Of a stretch of 48,988 nucleotides of DNA, positions 16,814-26,963 are shown in pieces. The first letter of the stretch is position 1, and the number at the start of each line of letters is the position of its first letter. Under the pieces are notes generated by a model. That model made no database searches. It saw only the letters and a program-made list of their open reading frames with translations, and was not told the DNA's origin. The translations under genes and the position numbers were made by a program. Source of the stretch: Escherichia phage JLBYU09; sequence record OK272487.1. The stretch is one strand, 5' to 3'.

Positions 16814-17248
16814 ATGAGTGATTATTCAGTCATTGTTGGCGCTGAGTCGCCAGGGTGCATGGTCGATTCTTCAATAATGGTGATTAACGGATCTTTCGTG
16901 TGCGGAGATGAATTTATTGCGCCAGGTAAGATTGTGCGACTATCACATATAATAAATGGATACAAAATAGCAAGTGTTCATGGGGATCTTGTTATTGGCG
17001 TGGTAGTAAGGCCGCCGGACTCGTGCATATATGAGGAGGGTGATCCCGTTAATGTGGTTAGTAGAGGTAGTGTGTGGTGCTTAACTTCTGAGAGCGAAGC
17101 GCCAGAATATGGAGATAAAGTATTTGTAACGCAAGATGGAGATGCGGCATACAGTGAAGGCGACTTGCTGAGCGGTTGGATCTTTACTGGCGAACATGTA
17201 AAGGTTGATCATGATTCATATATTGTCGGGGTAAGCATTAGCGCATAA
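16814..17248 (+). CDS. capsid-associated protein (paralog 2)
   Basis: 144 aa; shares the core GSVWCL...APEYGDKV with GRVWML...APAFGATI of paralog 1. Confidence 0.45.
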   Translation: MSDYSVIVGAESPGCMVDSSIMVINGSFVCGDEFIAPGKIVRLSHIINGYKIASVHGDLVIGVVVRPPDSCIYEEGDPVNVVSRGSVWCLTSESEAPEYGDKVFVTQDGDAAYSEGDLLSGWIFTGEHVKVDHDSYIVGVSISA

Positions 17249-17331
17249 CACAAAATTATGTTGCACGTTTAACAAAAAATGCTATCATTGTGGCGTTACA
17301 TACTAACAGCCTTTATATATGGAGGAAGAAA

Positions 17332-18306
17332 ATGGAAAAAGAAAAATTTGATCAGCTAGATGCGGATATTGTTTCTAGCTATCTGGCTACTCGCGGCGTT
17401 AAGGGTGATGCTTCTGATATGGGTATCTGGACGGCGCAAGAGCTTCACAAGATCCGCTCAACTGCTTACGAGAAAGAATATCCGGCAGGTTCAGCGCTTC
17501 GTGTATTCCCTGTAACTAATGAGCTTTCTGATACTGATAAGACTTTTGAATATCAGATGTTTGACAAGGTTGGTTACGCAAAAATTATCGCTGATTACAC
17601 CGACGATCTGCCGACCGTTGACGCGCTGATGTCCAGCGAATTTGGTAAAGTGTTCCGCTTGGGTAACGCGTTCTTGATCTCCATTGACGAAATCAAGGCT
17701 GGTCAGCGCACTGGTAAGAGCCTTTCCACTCGCAAGGCAAACGCAGCGCAAAACGCTCATGATCAGGAAGTTAACCGCCTGGTGTTTAAGGGTTCAAAGC
17801 CGCATAAGATTCTTTCGGTGTTTGAGCACCCTAACCTGACAAAGATCGTGTCAACTGGCTGGTTAAGTGCTGATGAAAACACTAAGTTCCCGCAGGCGGC
17901 ATCTGATGAACTGGAAAAGGCTATTGAAACAATTCAGACCATCACCAATGGTCAGCACCGAGCAACCAACATCCTGATTCCGCCGTCTATGCGCAAGGTT
18001 CTTTCCGTTCGAATGGAAAACACCACTGAAAGTTATCTGGAATACTTCCAGAAACAAAACAGCGGAATCACCATTGACTCAATCGCAGAGCTTGAGGATA
18101 TTGATGGCACAGGAACGAAAGGTTGCCTGGTATATGAGAAAGACCCGATGAACATGTCGATCGAAATTCCAGAAGCATTTAACATGCTTCCTGCGCAACC
18201 AAAAGATCTGCATTTCAAAGTTCCATGTACTTCAAAATGTACTGGCCTGACGATTTACCGTCCGTTTACGCTAGTACTTATTACTGGCTTGAAAAAATCA
18301 GGTTAA
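17332..18306 (+). CDS. major capsid protein (putative)
   Basis: Start moved to ATG 17332 after GGAGGAAGAAA RBS; 324 aa; flanked by strong terminators in the head block. Confidence 0.6.
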   Translation: MEKEKFDQLDADIVSSYLATRGVKGDASDMGIWTAQELHKIRSTAYEKEYPAGSALRVFPVTNELSDTDKTFEYQMFDKVGYAKIIADYTDDLPTVDALMSSEFGKVFRLGNAFLISIDEIKAGQRTGKSLSTRKANAAQNAHDQEVNRLVFKGSKPHKILSVFEHPNLTKIVSTGWLSADENTKFPQAASDELEKAIETIQTITNGQHRATNILIPPSMRKVLSVRMENTTESYLEYFQKQNSGITIDSIAELEDIDGTGTKGCLVYEKDPMNMSIEIPEAFNMLPAQPKDLHFKVPCTSKCTGLTIYRPFTLVLITGLKKSG

Positions 18307-18318
18307 TCGTATAACATT

Positions 18319-18348
18319 GGGGAATCCTTAACTGGATTCCCTTTTTTA
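18319..18348 (+). terminator. rho-independent terminator
   Basis: Hairpin GGGGAATCC-ttaact-GGATTCCC followed by TTTTTTATT. Confidence 0.65.
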
Positions 18349-18362
18349 TTGGAGGTTATGAA

Positions 18363-18635
18363 ATGGCTAAAGAAAAAACTGTAACGCTAAAGGTTTCCGG
18401 CGTGTGCCTTATCATTGTTGATGGTGAGCATTATCATCCAGGCAAAGAGTTTGACGTAGAAGAATCAAAATTGAAAACAAGCGCGTTTGAATATCTAATT
18501 GCAAAAGGCGATCTGGAGGTTAAAGACAACTCCGCATTGAATGAAGAAATCAAACAGAGCGCAGCAAGCAAACGTAAAAAAGACCCGCGAGAGGGCAAGA
18601 GCAAAGCCGAACTTGAAGACGGCGGCATCTATTAA
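18363..18635 (+). CDS. hypothetical structural protein
   Basis: 90 aa; GGAGG RBS; monocistronic between two terminators. Confidence 0.45.
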   Translation: MAKEKTVTLKVSGVCLIIVDGEHYHPGKEFDVEESKLKTSAFEYLIAKGDLEVKDNSALNEEIKQSAASKRKKDPREGKSKAELEDGGIY

Positions 18636-18682
18636 TAAAGAGGGCGCTATAAGCGCCCTTTGTCATATCTGGAGGAAACACA

Positions 18683-19099
18683 ATGGTTGATGAATTTTTC
18701 ACTGACGCAGAAATCACGCAGCAAATCGTGAAATTAGCTCCACCGATGAAACAGATTGATCCAGATTTAATGGTGACATGGATTGATCTGGCAAAGGAAT
18801 TTGTTTGCAAGAAGCGGTTTAAAGAATCATATCCAAAAGCGGTTGCTCTTTATACGTTGCACCTTATGACGCTTGATGGAGCCATGAAGCAAGAAGGGGA
18901 AAGCGTAGAAAGTTACTCGCGGCGAGTTGCGTCATTTTCCCTGACTGGTGAATTTAGCCAGACTTTTGATCGAGTGTCAGGCGACTCTGGCGGAAAAGAG
19001 ATTAGACAAACTCCCTGGGGGAAAATGTACGAAACGCTAAATCGTAAGAAAGGCGGTGGATTTGGCCTTGTGACTGGATTTCGGAGGCGCTGCAAATGA
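18683..19099 (+). CDS. head-tail connector / adaptor (putative)
   Basis: 138 aa; position between capsid and tail genes; GGAGGAAA RBS. Confidence 0.4.
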   Translation: MVDEFFTDAEITQQIVKLAPPMKQIDPDLMVTWIDLAKEFVCKKRFKESYPKAVALYTLHLMTLDGAMKQEGESVESYSRRVASFSLTGEFSQTFDRVSGDSGGKEIRQTPWGKMYETLNRKKGGGFGLVTGFRRRCK

Positions 19100-19467
19100 A
19101 CTATAACGAGATCGCAAGAATGGCAACCGAAGGAATTAACTTCTTTAGTGATAGCAACGGTGAGTTTAAGTGCATAACGCAGCGTGGAAGCGTTGAAATC
19201 ATTGGAGGCGAAGAAGTAGAAAAGCCAGAGATTAGTGTAATGATTAATGGTTTAATTCGATCCCCAAAAGTCCGAGAGGTTGACGGCGAGACAATACGAG
19301 TAACAGATAAGTTGGGAGTTTTTAACAATAAAGTTGAAATTAAGAACGGGTATCATATTGATGTTGATGGTGAATTATATGTTGTAGTTGAAGCAAGACC
19401 AATCAGGCAAACCAATGTCACTGTTGCTTATCGGCCTATTTTGAGAAGGATTTCTGTACATGGCTAA
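19096..19467 (+). CDS. head closure / neck protein (putative)
   Basis: 123 aa; ATGA coupling; position. Confidence 0.4.
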   Translation: MNYNEIARMATEGINFFSDSNGEFKCITQRGSVEIIGGEEVEKPEISVMINGLIRSPKVREVDGETIRVTDKLGVFNNKVEIKNGYHIDVDGELYVVVEARPIRQTNVTVAYRPILRRISVHG

Positions 19468-19903
19468 AAACTACACGATAAGGGAATTTCACGGCAACAT
19501 TGATGCGTGGATAAAAGCCGTTGATAGTGGACTAAAAGATTGCGTGGAGTTGTTCGCCGAAAAAGTACACACAGATTTGGTTAAGCGTTCTCCGGTAGAT
19601 ACTGGTCGTTACCGTGGAAACTGGCAGGTGACAGCAAATAAGCCGCCATTGTATGCGCTTAATCAGTACGATAAGCACGGAGACAAAACGATCGCGGAAG
19701 GAAAACGTGCCATATACGCAATATTACGAGGTGGCGGCGCAGTAAGAGCTATTTATTTTTCTAACATGCTTATTTATGCTAACGCGCTTGAGTACGGTCA
19801 TTCAAAACAAGCGCCAGCGGGTGTGCTTGGTATTGTTGCCGTGAAATTGCGTTCATATATGGCTGAGGCAATAAAAGAGTCGAGGGCAAAAAATGCACTA
19901 TGA
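19460..19903 (+). CDS. neck / tail completion protein (putative)
   Basis: 147 aa; overlapping start; position. Confidence 0.4.
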   Translation: MAKNYTIREFHGNIDAWIKAVDSGLKDCVELFAEKVHTDLVKRSPVDTGRYRGNWQVTANKPPLYALNQYDKHGDKTIAEGKRAIYAILRGGGAVRAIYFSNMLIYANALEYGHSKQAPAGVLGIVAVKLRSYMAEAIKESRAKNAL

Positions 19904-20291
19904 ATTAATGCTATCGGCGCGTAAGGCGCTGGCGACTGAATACGAAAGCAGATTCATGATCGCTTATGAAAACGTAGAGTTTACGCCACCTGGTGACGGT
20001 TCGCCGTGGTTGAAGTTTGACTATGCCGAAGTTAACACAGAATACTTGTCATTGGATCGAAAATGCGTTTCTTATATCGGAATGATTCAGGTTGGCATTG
20101 TGTTTCCACCAGGTTACGGAACTGACAGGCCGCGCGTTCTCGCTAAAGAGATTGCGCAATTCTTTTACGATGGTAAAATGCTGGAGCATGGTTATATATA
20201 TGAGGGTGCAAGAGTTCACAAACCGCTCAAGAGTGAAAGCGGATGGCTTCTCCCTATAAGGTTTTATGTTCGAATTGAAACAAAGGAGTAA
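19893..20291 (+). CDS. tail terminator (putative)
   Basis: 132 aa; immediately upstream of the major tail protein. Confidence 0.4.
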   Translation: MHYELMLSARKALATEYESRFMIAYENVEFTPPGDGSPWLKFDYAEVNTEYLSLDRKCVSYIGMIQVGIVFPPGYGTDRPRVLAKEIAQFFYDGKMLEHGYIYEGARVHKPLKSESGWLLPIRFYVRIETKE

Positions 20292-20296
20292 AAATT

Positions 20297-20959
20297 ATGC
20301 ATTTACCAAATGGATCGCAAATTTTCGTTGAGAGCAATCGCGGAAGCGAAATCCAAGCAACAGCAGTGTCAAACGCCAAAGATCCTGTTTTCACTGTTGC
20401 ATCTGGCGGCACTGCGTACAAGAAAGGTGATTATGTGATCATCACTGCGTCTTCTTGGGGTAAGCTGATTGATCGTGTTATGCGTGTAAAGGCTAACGGT
20501 GAAGAAACAAGCGTGACTCTTGAAGGTGTAGATACTACTGATCAGAACGTTTTCCCGACTGGCGGTACTGCATCTTTTGCCAAAATTGATGCATGGACTG
20601 AGATCCCTTGCGTTCAAGATTTGTCGCAGGACGGCGGCGAACAGCAATACTACACTTATCAGTGTTTGGCAGACGATCAGGAACAGCAGTTACCTACCTA
20701 TAAGAGCGCCGTTTCTCTTACCTACACTTTTGCGCACGAATACGATAACGCGATCTATCCGCTATTGCGTTCAGCAGATGAATCAGGCGAAGTAACCGCG
20801 CTTCGCATGTATGTACCAAAAGCAAAAGAGATGCGTTGCTGGGCTGGTGTCCTTTCGTTTAACGAAATCCCGAAGACCACAGTTAACGAAATGGAAACCG
20901 TTTCCCTATCTGTATCCCTGAAAGGTCGATTCACCTTCCTACCTTCTCAAGTAGCATAA
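20297..20959 (+). CDS. major tail protein
   Basis: 220 aa; AAGGAG RBS; followed by a strong terminator and the chaperone/tape-measure genes. Confidence 0.6.
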   Translation: MHLPNGSQIFVESNRGSEIQATAVSNAKDPVFTVASGGTAYKKGDYVIITASSWGKLIDRVMRVKANGEETSVTLEGVDTTDQNVFPTGGTASFAKIDAWTEIPCVQDLSQDGGEQQYYTYQCLADDQEQQLPTYKSAVSLTYTFAHEYDNAIYPLLRSADESGEVTALRMYVPKAKEMRCWAGVLSFNEIPKTTVNEMETVSLSVSLKGRFTFLPSQVA

Positions 20960-20965
20960 TCACAA

Positions 20966-20988
20966 GGGGCGTTGCGCCCCTTTTTTTG
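20966..20988 (+). terminator. rho-independent terminator
   Basis: Hairpin GGGGCG-ttgc-GCCCC followed by TTTTTTT. Confidence 0.7.
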
Positions 20989-21058
20989 TTACTGTACAAT
21001 CATGCTACACGATTCATAATCAATTCTTTTAACAAAAAGTGCTATCAAGGAGAAAGAA

Positions 21059-21376
21059 ATGTCAAAAATGAAATTGACGATTGGGCCGCTTCCTGACTTT
21101 AAATTACCAGTGAAATTTGCAATGCCTAACGGAGAAGATCAAACAATTATCTTCACAGTTCGCCACCGCAAAACAAGTGAGATTCACGATCGCTACACGT
21201 CAGATACTCCAATGAGCGATGTTGAAATGATCACCTTCCTTGCTTCCGGTTGGAATCTTGATGATGAATTTAACGAAGAAAATATTAAACAGCTTCTTGA
21301 TTACTACCCAGCAACAGCAATCGGATTAACTAGCGCATACATGAAAGCGCTTGCGGGGCAGCGAGTAAAAAACTAA
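21059..21376 (+). CDS. tail assembly chaperone (lambda G-like)
   Basis: 105 aa; AAGGAGAAAG RBS; ends at a slippery site just before the tape measure gene. Confidence 0.65.
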   Translation: MSKMKLTIGPLPDFKLPVKFAMPNGEDQTIIFTVRHRKTSEIHDRYTSDTPMSDVEMITFLASGWNLDDEFNEENIKQLLDYYPATAIGLTSAYMKALAGQRVKN

Positions 21377-21687
21377 AAAGGGCGGTTTACCTGTTTTATC
21401 AGAAACCGCCGACAGATGCAGAGCTTGAGGCTGTTGGCCTTACAAGGGCAGACTATGAAGGAGAAGATCCGCCAGAGGTTATATTTGATGAAAGCATGAT
21501 GCAATCATGGGATATATTTTGCGCAATGCAAACGCAATGGAGATGTTCTGGCGGTGGCGCTTACGGATTTGATTATAATGTCTTGCCTATGCTTTTTGAG
21601 ATTTACAAGGTTGAGGATCGCGAGATGGCGCTAAACGACTTGCGAATCATGGAGCAAAAAGCACTTGAAATGATGCATTCAAAATAA
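21059..21687 (+). CDS. tail assembly chaperone frameshift product (G-T-like, -1 frameshift near 21367-21373)
   Basis: Slippery heptamer A AAA AAC at 21367-21373 before the G stop; the -1 frame is open from there to 21687 and includes track ORF 21496..21687. Confidence 0.55.
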
Positions 21688-21709
21688 GCGCCTACGGGCG
21701 CTTTTTTAT
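21687..21709 (+). terminator. rho-independent terminator
   Basis: Hairpin AGCGCC-tacg-GGCGCT followed by TTTTTTATT. Confidence 0.6.
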
Positions 21710-21726
21710 TACCTGGAGGATTAATA

Positions 21727-24399
21727 ATGTCAGAACAATACGCAGGCTTGACGCTTGGGGTTGACGTTTCTCAACTCAACAATGCTGTAAAGTCTTTGCA
21801 GCAATTCAAGAAGGCAAACGACGACGCAAAGGGAAGCATTGAGAGTTTTGTTGATTCAGAGGTTGTTGCAAGACAAAGAGCCAAACAACTGGCTGAGGAA
21901 TTGGCAAAGCAGAAGCAAGAATTTAAAGCAATTCAGTCGGCAATAGATCCGACAGCAAGCAAAATGGATAAGTTGCGCCAGGCTGCGACACAGCTTGATG
22001 CGCTTTGGAAAAAAGGAATTGTTCCGGATGATACATTCTTTGAGTTAGGATCAATTCTTGAGACGCAGCAAAACAAACTGATCGCAACTAAAAAGGCGCT
22101 AACTGAAGAAGGCCGCGCGGCGCTTGAGGAAGCAAAAAACAAGGCAAGGGCAGAGGCTGAGGCAAGAAAGTTCATTGCGGCATTGCAGGCGCAAGCTGAC
22201 GCAGCGGAAAAAACAAAATCAGAGCTTGTCGAAATGAGAGCCGCACAACTTGGAGTTAGTGCAGAGGCAGCGCCATTTATTGCAAAAATGAAGGAGCAGG
22301 AAAAACAAGCCTCAAAACTTGGCGTTTCTATGGGGCAGTACAAGCAAGCAATGGCGCAATTGCCAATGCAGATCACTGACGTTGTTACTTCTCTTGCTTC
22401 AGGTATGCCAGTATGGATGATCGCAATCCAGCAGGGGGGGCAAATCAAGGACTCATTCGGCGGTGTTGCTAATACGTTTAAAGCGCTAATGACATTTGTC
22501 ACGCCGCTAAGTGTTGGCATGACGGCGCTGACTGGTGCGCTTGGTTATGCTGCATATAATGCATACAAAGCAAATGCGCAACTAAAGGAGATCACAAAAA
22601 CCGTTCAGGAGGCAACTGGTCTTTCTGGTGATTTTGCGGAGCGTATTGCAACTGGAATCCAGGCGCTATCTGACAAGACAGGAGAGAGCGCAGACAATAT
22701 CGCAAAGGCTTACATAAGCACGAAGGATGGAGCAAGCGAGGCTATACAAAAACTCGTCGATGTTGGTTTTACCTATGATGAAGCAAAGGCTAAGGTAAAC
22801 GAATACAAAAACGCATCAAGTTTTGTAAGTCTTAACAATGAAATTGCTGATCACAAAAACAAAGTTCTTGAGCTTGGTGATTCATGGTATGCGGTCTTAA
22901 AAGCAAAACGTGATTATGCTTCACCGTCCGGCGGGCTGTTGGGGAAAGAGCTTGGTTATGTGAATCCAATGCTGCAATTTGCGAAGAACACCTATGAGGA
23001 TATAGGAAAGATCGTAAAAGATGCGAATAAGGATATGGCGGAACGAGCAGCACGCATCGACAGAGAAAACCTTTCATTAAACAGAGTTCGAGCGGCGCAA
23101 GAGGCTTTAAACAAAGCCATAGAGGATCAGAAGAACGTAGCAAGGACAGCAGACGAAGAGTTGAAAAAGCGCGCGGCTGAGAACGTGGAGTTCAGGCGAA
23201 AAGAGCTTGAAGAGGCGAAGAAGGCGCAGCAGCAAAAGGAGAAAGTTGGTGGAGTTGTAAAAGCACCAACAGAGCAGCTTGATAAGGAGCTATATGTTCT
23301 CAAGGCGCAACTTGAAACGCTGAAAGAGCACCGAACTGTAAATGATGTTATTTCACGCCAGAGGCAATCTTTGTGGAGCATTGAAAAGCAGATCCAGATC
23401 CTTGAGGAAGCGCAAAGTAAACGCAAGCTGACAAAAGCGGAACAGGCGTTACTAAACGAGCAAAAAGCAGTTATTGCTATGGCAAAAGAAAAGGCAGAGA
23501 TAGGCGATCAGATTGTTTTGCAACAGAGAAAGAACAAGCAATACCAGGAAGGGCTTAAATTCATTCAGCAAACATCAGATGCTATTGACGCTATGAACTT
23601 GCGACAGTCTGGAGCTACAGATCTGCAAATCCAGCGAGAGCTTGAGTTGAAGAAGTTGCGAACTGATTATGTTGCTGGCGGCGGTAGTATCGACGATGAA
23701 ATTTATCAGCAGATGGAAGCAAAGCTGAAGGAGTATTACGCCACTGAGGATCAGCTTAGAAATAACTGGATTGCAGGAGCAAAAAACGCATGGGAGGTTT
23801 ACGGACAAGATGCAATGGATATGTACGGCAACGTGCAAGATATTGCAAGCGAGGCGCTCAACGGTCTAACCAACCAAATGGCTACATTCCTTGCAACAGG
23901 AAAGGCAAACTTTAAGAGCTTCGCAACGTCAATCATCCAAATGATTATCCAGATGATCACAAAGATGGTTATCTTTAATGCCATATCCGGTGCGATTGGC
24001 GGTGACACTTGGACGATTGGAAGCCTTCTTAAAAATGTTGGATTTGCAACTGGTGGATACACTGGCGACGGCGGGAAGTATGAGCCAGCAGGTGTTGTTC
24101 ATAAAGGCGAGTTTGTCATGACGAAGGAGGCCACGAAGCGGATCGGAGTTGGAAATCTTTACAAAATGATGCGCGGTTATGCAAATGGCGGCGTTGTTGG
24201 CGGCACTTCATACACTGGCGGCGGAGTTTCATCTGGAGCAACAAATCTTAATATTGGCGGGATCAGCGTTGATATTAACAACGGAAGCGATCCGAAAGGG
24301 TTGGAGACTGGCGTAAAAATGATTTTCACTGATATGATTAAGCGTTCCTGTACGCAGGGTGGGGAAGTTTACGAATTTGTTATGTCTAAGCGGGGGTGA
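21727..24399 (+). CDS. tail tape measure protein
   Basis: 890 aa; Ala/Gln/Lys-rich coiled-coil N-terminal two thirds, Gly-rich C-terminal region; position after the chaperone. Confidence 0.85.
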   Translation: MSEQYAGLTLGVDVSQLNNAVKSLQQFKKANDDAKGSIESFVDSEVVARQRAKQLAEELAKQKQEFKAIQSAIDPTASKMDKLRQAATQLDALWKKGIVPDDTFFELGSILETQQNKLIATKKALTEEGRAALEEAKNKARAEAEARKFIAALQAQADAAEKTKSELVEMRAAQLGVSAEAAPFIAKMKEQEKQASKLGVSMGQYKQAMAQLPMQITDVVTSLASGMPVWMIAIQQGGQIKDSFGGVANTFKALMTFVTPLSVGMTALTGALGYAAYNAYKANAQLKEITKTVQEATGLSGDFAERIATGIQALSDKTGESADNIAKAYISTKDGASEAIQKLVDVGFTYDEAKAKVNEYKNASSFVSLNNEIADHKNKVLELGDSWYAVLKAKRDYASPSGGLLGKELGYVNPMLQFAKNTYEDIGKIVKDANKDMAERAARIDRENLSLNRVRAAQEALNKAIEDQKNVARTADEELKKRAAENVEFRRKELEEAKKAQQQKEKVGGVVKAPTEQLDKELYVLKAQLETLKEHRTVNDVISRQRQSLWSIEKQIQILEEAQSKRKLTKAEQALLNEQKAVIAMAKEKAEIGDQIVLQQRKNKQYQEGLKFIQQTSDAIDAMNLRQSGATDLQIQRELELKKLRTDYVAGGGSIDDEIYQQMEAKLKEYYATEDQLRNNWIAGAKNAWEVYGQDAMDMYGNVQDIASEALNGLTNQMATFLATGKANFKSFATSIIQMIIQMITKMVIFNAISGAIGGDTWTIGSLLKNVGFATGGYTGDGGKYEPAGVVHKGEFVMTKEATKRIGVGNLYKMMRGYANGGVVGGTSYTGGGVSSGATNLNIGGISVDINNGSDPKGLETGVKMIFTDMIKRSCTQGGEVYEFVMSKRG

Positions 24400-24752
24400 T
24401 AGTGAAACTTGAGCAATTCAAATGGTGCACGCAAACGCAAGGAGGCGGCGGCACTATGACCACATCAAATAACGACAGGGAAATCTCATTTGGTAATGGT
24501 TACACGCAGGTTGCGTCAGGAGGGTTTAACACGGTACGCAGGGAGTTTTCCATTGTCTATGTTGGCAAGGATTACAGAGACGTTGTTGACTTCCTGAATG
24601 GACACAGGCTGAAGCCGTTTTTATGGTTTATGCCTGACGGTCAACCTGGTCTATTCAGGGTAAAATCTGGTAGCGTTGGATTAACTCCAATATCAGCAAC
24701 CGTTCAGGAAGTGAAAGCAACATTTACTGAGCAATTTACATCAATGCAATAA
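24396..24752 (+). CDS. minor tail protein (lambda M-like)
   Basis: 118 aa; FGNGYTQ and FKW motifs resemble recalled lambda gpM (FGDGYSQ, FRWK); GTG start overlapping the tape-measure stop. Confidence 0.5.
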   Translation: MIVKLEQFKWCTQTQGGGGTMTTSNNDREISFGNGYTQVASGGFNTVRREFSIVYVGKDYRDVVDFLNGHRLKPFLWFMPDGQPGLFRVKSGSVGLTPISATVQEVKATFTEQFTSMQ

Positions 24753-24813
24753 TTCAAGCCGCCTTTGTGCGGCTTTTTTATTGATGATACAATGCACGAA
24801 AGGAGGTGCAATC

Positions 24814-25575
24814 ATGGCTAATGAAACAACAGGTCGCGCGGATCTTGAAAATTGTCTGCAAAGCCTTTACCCTGGCGAGATTATCACGCTAATTGAGATT
24901 GACGGCACAAAGTTTGGCGCAAACATTTACCGCATACACAATGAGAACATCTCATACACTGCGGAAGAATTATTGCAGGCGCGAGAAACTGGAGTTCTTC
25001 CGCCGAAAGAGATTACATTCCGTGGCGAGGTTTACGGCGCGCGACCGTTTGGAATATCTGGAATCAACTTCACAAGCAACGGAAAGGCTGATAAGCCACA
25101 ATTGATACTATCAAACCTTGATAGCCAGGTGAGCGCGATGATTCGCAACTTTAACGGCATGATGCAAGCTAAGGTTACAATCTGGATCACGCCAGCGGAA
25201 TTAATGGGGAAAGATGGCAGCATTAAAGATGGAGCCTCAAGAAAGCTGGTTTACTACATTGAGCGCCCAAGCCATTACAATAGAATGATGGCGAAATTTG
25301 ACCTGACATCGCCTTATGATATGGATGGAATAATGATTCCTCCGCGAATAACTCAAAGCGTTTGTTATTGGGCGCAGCGTGGATGGTATAGAAGCGGAAA
25401 AGGTTGCGGATACAATGGATCGCGAATGTTTGACAAAGACAACAATCCTATAACCGATCCATCTCAAGACTTTTGCGCCGGAACTGTAACGGCGTGCAAA
25501 CTTCGTTTTGGTGCAGATAAGCAGCTTGATTTTGGCGGTGCACCAGTAGCAAGCCTGTTAAGGAGAAATCAGTGA
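24814..25575 (+). CDS. minor tail protein (lambda L-like)
   Basis: Start moved to ATG 24814 after GAAAGGAGG RBS; C-terminal cysteines (CYW..., GKGCGY, FCAGTVTAC). Confidence 0.55.
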   Translation: MANETTGRADLENCLQSLYPGEIITLIEIDGTKFGANIYRIHNENISYTAEELLQARETGVLPPKEITFRGEVYGARPFGISGINFTSNGKADKPQLILSNLDSQVSAMIRNFNGMMQAKVTIWITPAELMGKDGSIKDGASRKLVYYIERPSHYNRMMAKFDLTSPYDMDGIMIPPRITQSVCYWAQRGWYRSGKGCGYNGSRMFDKDNNPITDPSQDFCAGTVTACKLRFGADKQLDFGGAPVASLLRRNQ

Positions 25576-26306
25576 TGATTAGTGCAAAAATAAAACTTGA
25601 AATAATGCAGCACGTAAAAGATGAATACCCGCGCGAGGCGTGCGGGGTTATCACTCAAAAATCACGCGTGCAAAAATACCACCGCATAACCAACGTGCAT
25701 GATGATCCTGAAAATCATTTTGAGATGAACGCAATTGAATACGTTGAGGCGTGTGAAAGTGGCGAGCTTATTGCTGTTGTGCATAGCCACACTGGAGACG
25801 GTGCAAGTACAATTCCAAGCGCCCATGATACATGCATGTGTGATGAGATGGGTGTTTCATGGGTTATTGTGTCATGGCCAGAAGGTGATATGAGAATAAT
25901 TGAGCCTGAATCTCGTCCTCTGATTGGTCGCCCGTGGTCGCTTGGGGCGTATGATTGCTGGGGGCTTATTATGGCATGGCACAAGCAACATGGCGTTATC
26001 CTGAATGATTTCAGGAAACCATATGAATGGTGGAAGCCTGAGCACGGCGAAAATCTTTACCAGGAAAATTATCTGAAAGAGGGTTTTGTTGAAACAGGAG
26101 AGACGCCAAAACCTGGTGATATGGTTATCTTTCAGCTTTCCGCGCCAGTGTGGAATCATGCAGGCATTTATCTTGGCAACAATCAATTGCTTCATCATGC
26201 CTTTGGCAAGTTGTCAAGGGTTGATTTGTATTCTGGATGGTATCAGGAACATGCAAAAATGGTTTGTAGACACAAGGATCTGAAATATGACTTTGAAGGT
26301 AATTAA
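25572..26306 (+). CDS. tail tip assembly protein (lambda K-like; JAB/MPN plus NlpC/P60)
   Basis: JAMM motif VVHSHTGDGASTIPSAHD; NlpC/P60-type Cys and His (DCWGL, NHAGIY). Confidence 0.7.
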   Translation: MMISAKIKLEIMQHVKDEYPREACGVITQKSRVQKYHRITNVHDDPENHFEMNAIEYVEACESGELIAVVHSHTGDGASTIPSAHDTCMCDEMGVSWVIVSWPEGDMRIIEPESRPLIGRPWSLGAYDCWGLIMAWHKQHGVILNDFRKPYEWWKPEHGENLYQENYLKEGFVETGETPKPGDMVIFQLSAPVWNHAGIYLGNNQLLHHAFGKLSRVDLYSGWYQEHAKMVCRHKDLKYDFEGN

Positions 26307-26883
26307 ATTATCTGGATCTTTAGGCCGAAGATTTGGAGTATTTCATAAGCTGGCTGTTGATTCATACCCCGAAGCAATACGCGCACTATCTTCGCAGGTG
26401 GAAGGATTCAAGGACTACATGCAAAGCGAAGTAGGATCGCGAATGCGTTACGCTGTATTTGTTGACGGTAAGAATGTAGGACAGCACGATGAAAAAGCGT
26501 GGCAATGTGCAAAGGAAGTGAGGATTATTCCAATTCCAACAGGTTCAAAGTCTGGCGGGTTGTTTCAGGTTGTTCTTGGCGCGGTTATTATGGCGACTGC
26601 ATTTTTCACTGGCGGCTCTTCACTTGCTTTGATGGGCGCTTTTGCATCTTCTGCTTTCATGATGGGTGGTGCTATGGTGCTTGGCGGAGTAATGCAAATG
26701 ATTTCACCGCAGCAAGGCGGATCAAGATTGTCATCGCAGTCAGCAGAAAACAAACCGTCTTATGCTTTCGGTGGCGCTGTTAACACAACGGCAGCAGGAT
26801 ACCCAATACCATTGCCATACGGTCAAAGGACAGTCGGCGGAGCTATCTGGTCGGCTGGCAGCTATGCAGAGGACAAGGCTTAA
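26287..26883 (+). CDS. tail tip assembly protein (lambda I-like)
   Basis: 198 aa; hydrophobic Gly/Ala-rich C-terminal half; position between K-like and J-like genes. Confidence 0.55.
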   Translation: MTLKVIKLSGSLGRRFGVFHKLAVDSYPEAIRALSSQVEGFKDYMQSEVGSRMRYAVFVDGKNVGQHDEKAWQCAKEVRIIPIPTGSKSGGLFQVVLGAVIMATAFFTGGSSLALMGAFASSAFMMGGAMVLGGVMQMISPQQGGSRLSSQSAENKPSYAFGGAVNTTAAGYPIPLPYGQRTVGGAIWSAGSYAEDKA

Positions 26884-26890
26884 TATAAAA

Positions 26891-26920
26891 GAGTCGCGCG
26901 TTGCGCGGCTTTTTTTTTGC
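26891..26920 (+). terminator. rho-independent terminator
   Basis: GC hairpin (CGCG-ttg-CGCG) followed by nine T; TATAAT at 26924-26929 and a partial box AATAGCAC at 26941-26948 follow. Confidence 0.6.
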
Positions 26921-26963
26921 CCGTATAATTCAACAAATCAAATAGCACAAAAGGTGAAAAAGC

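Noticed and set aside
21933-22520. 195-aa minus-strand ORF, with further antisense ORFs at 22832-23143, 23127-23426, 23575-23838 and 23799-24062
   Set aside because: All lie antisense within the tape measure gene, whose Ala/Gln-rich repetitive coding sequence readily produces long spurious reverse-strand ORFs; none has an RBS or fits the operon structure.
26499-26783. 94-aa Cys/Trp-rich plus-strand ORF
   Set aside because: Alternative frame inside the I-like gene 26287-26883; composition bias of an overlapping frame, no independent start signal.
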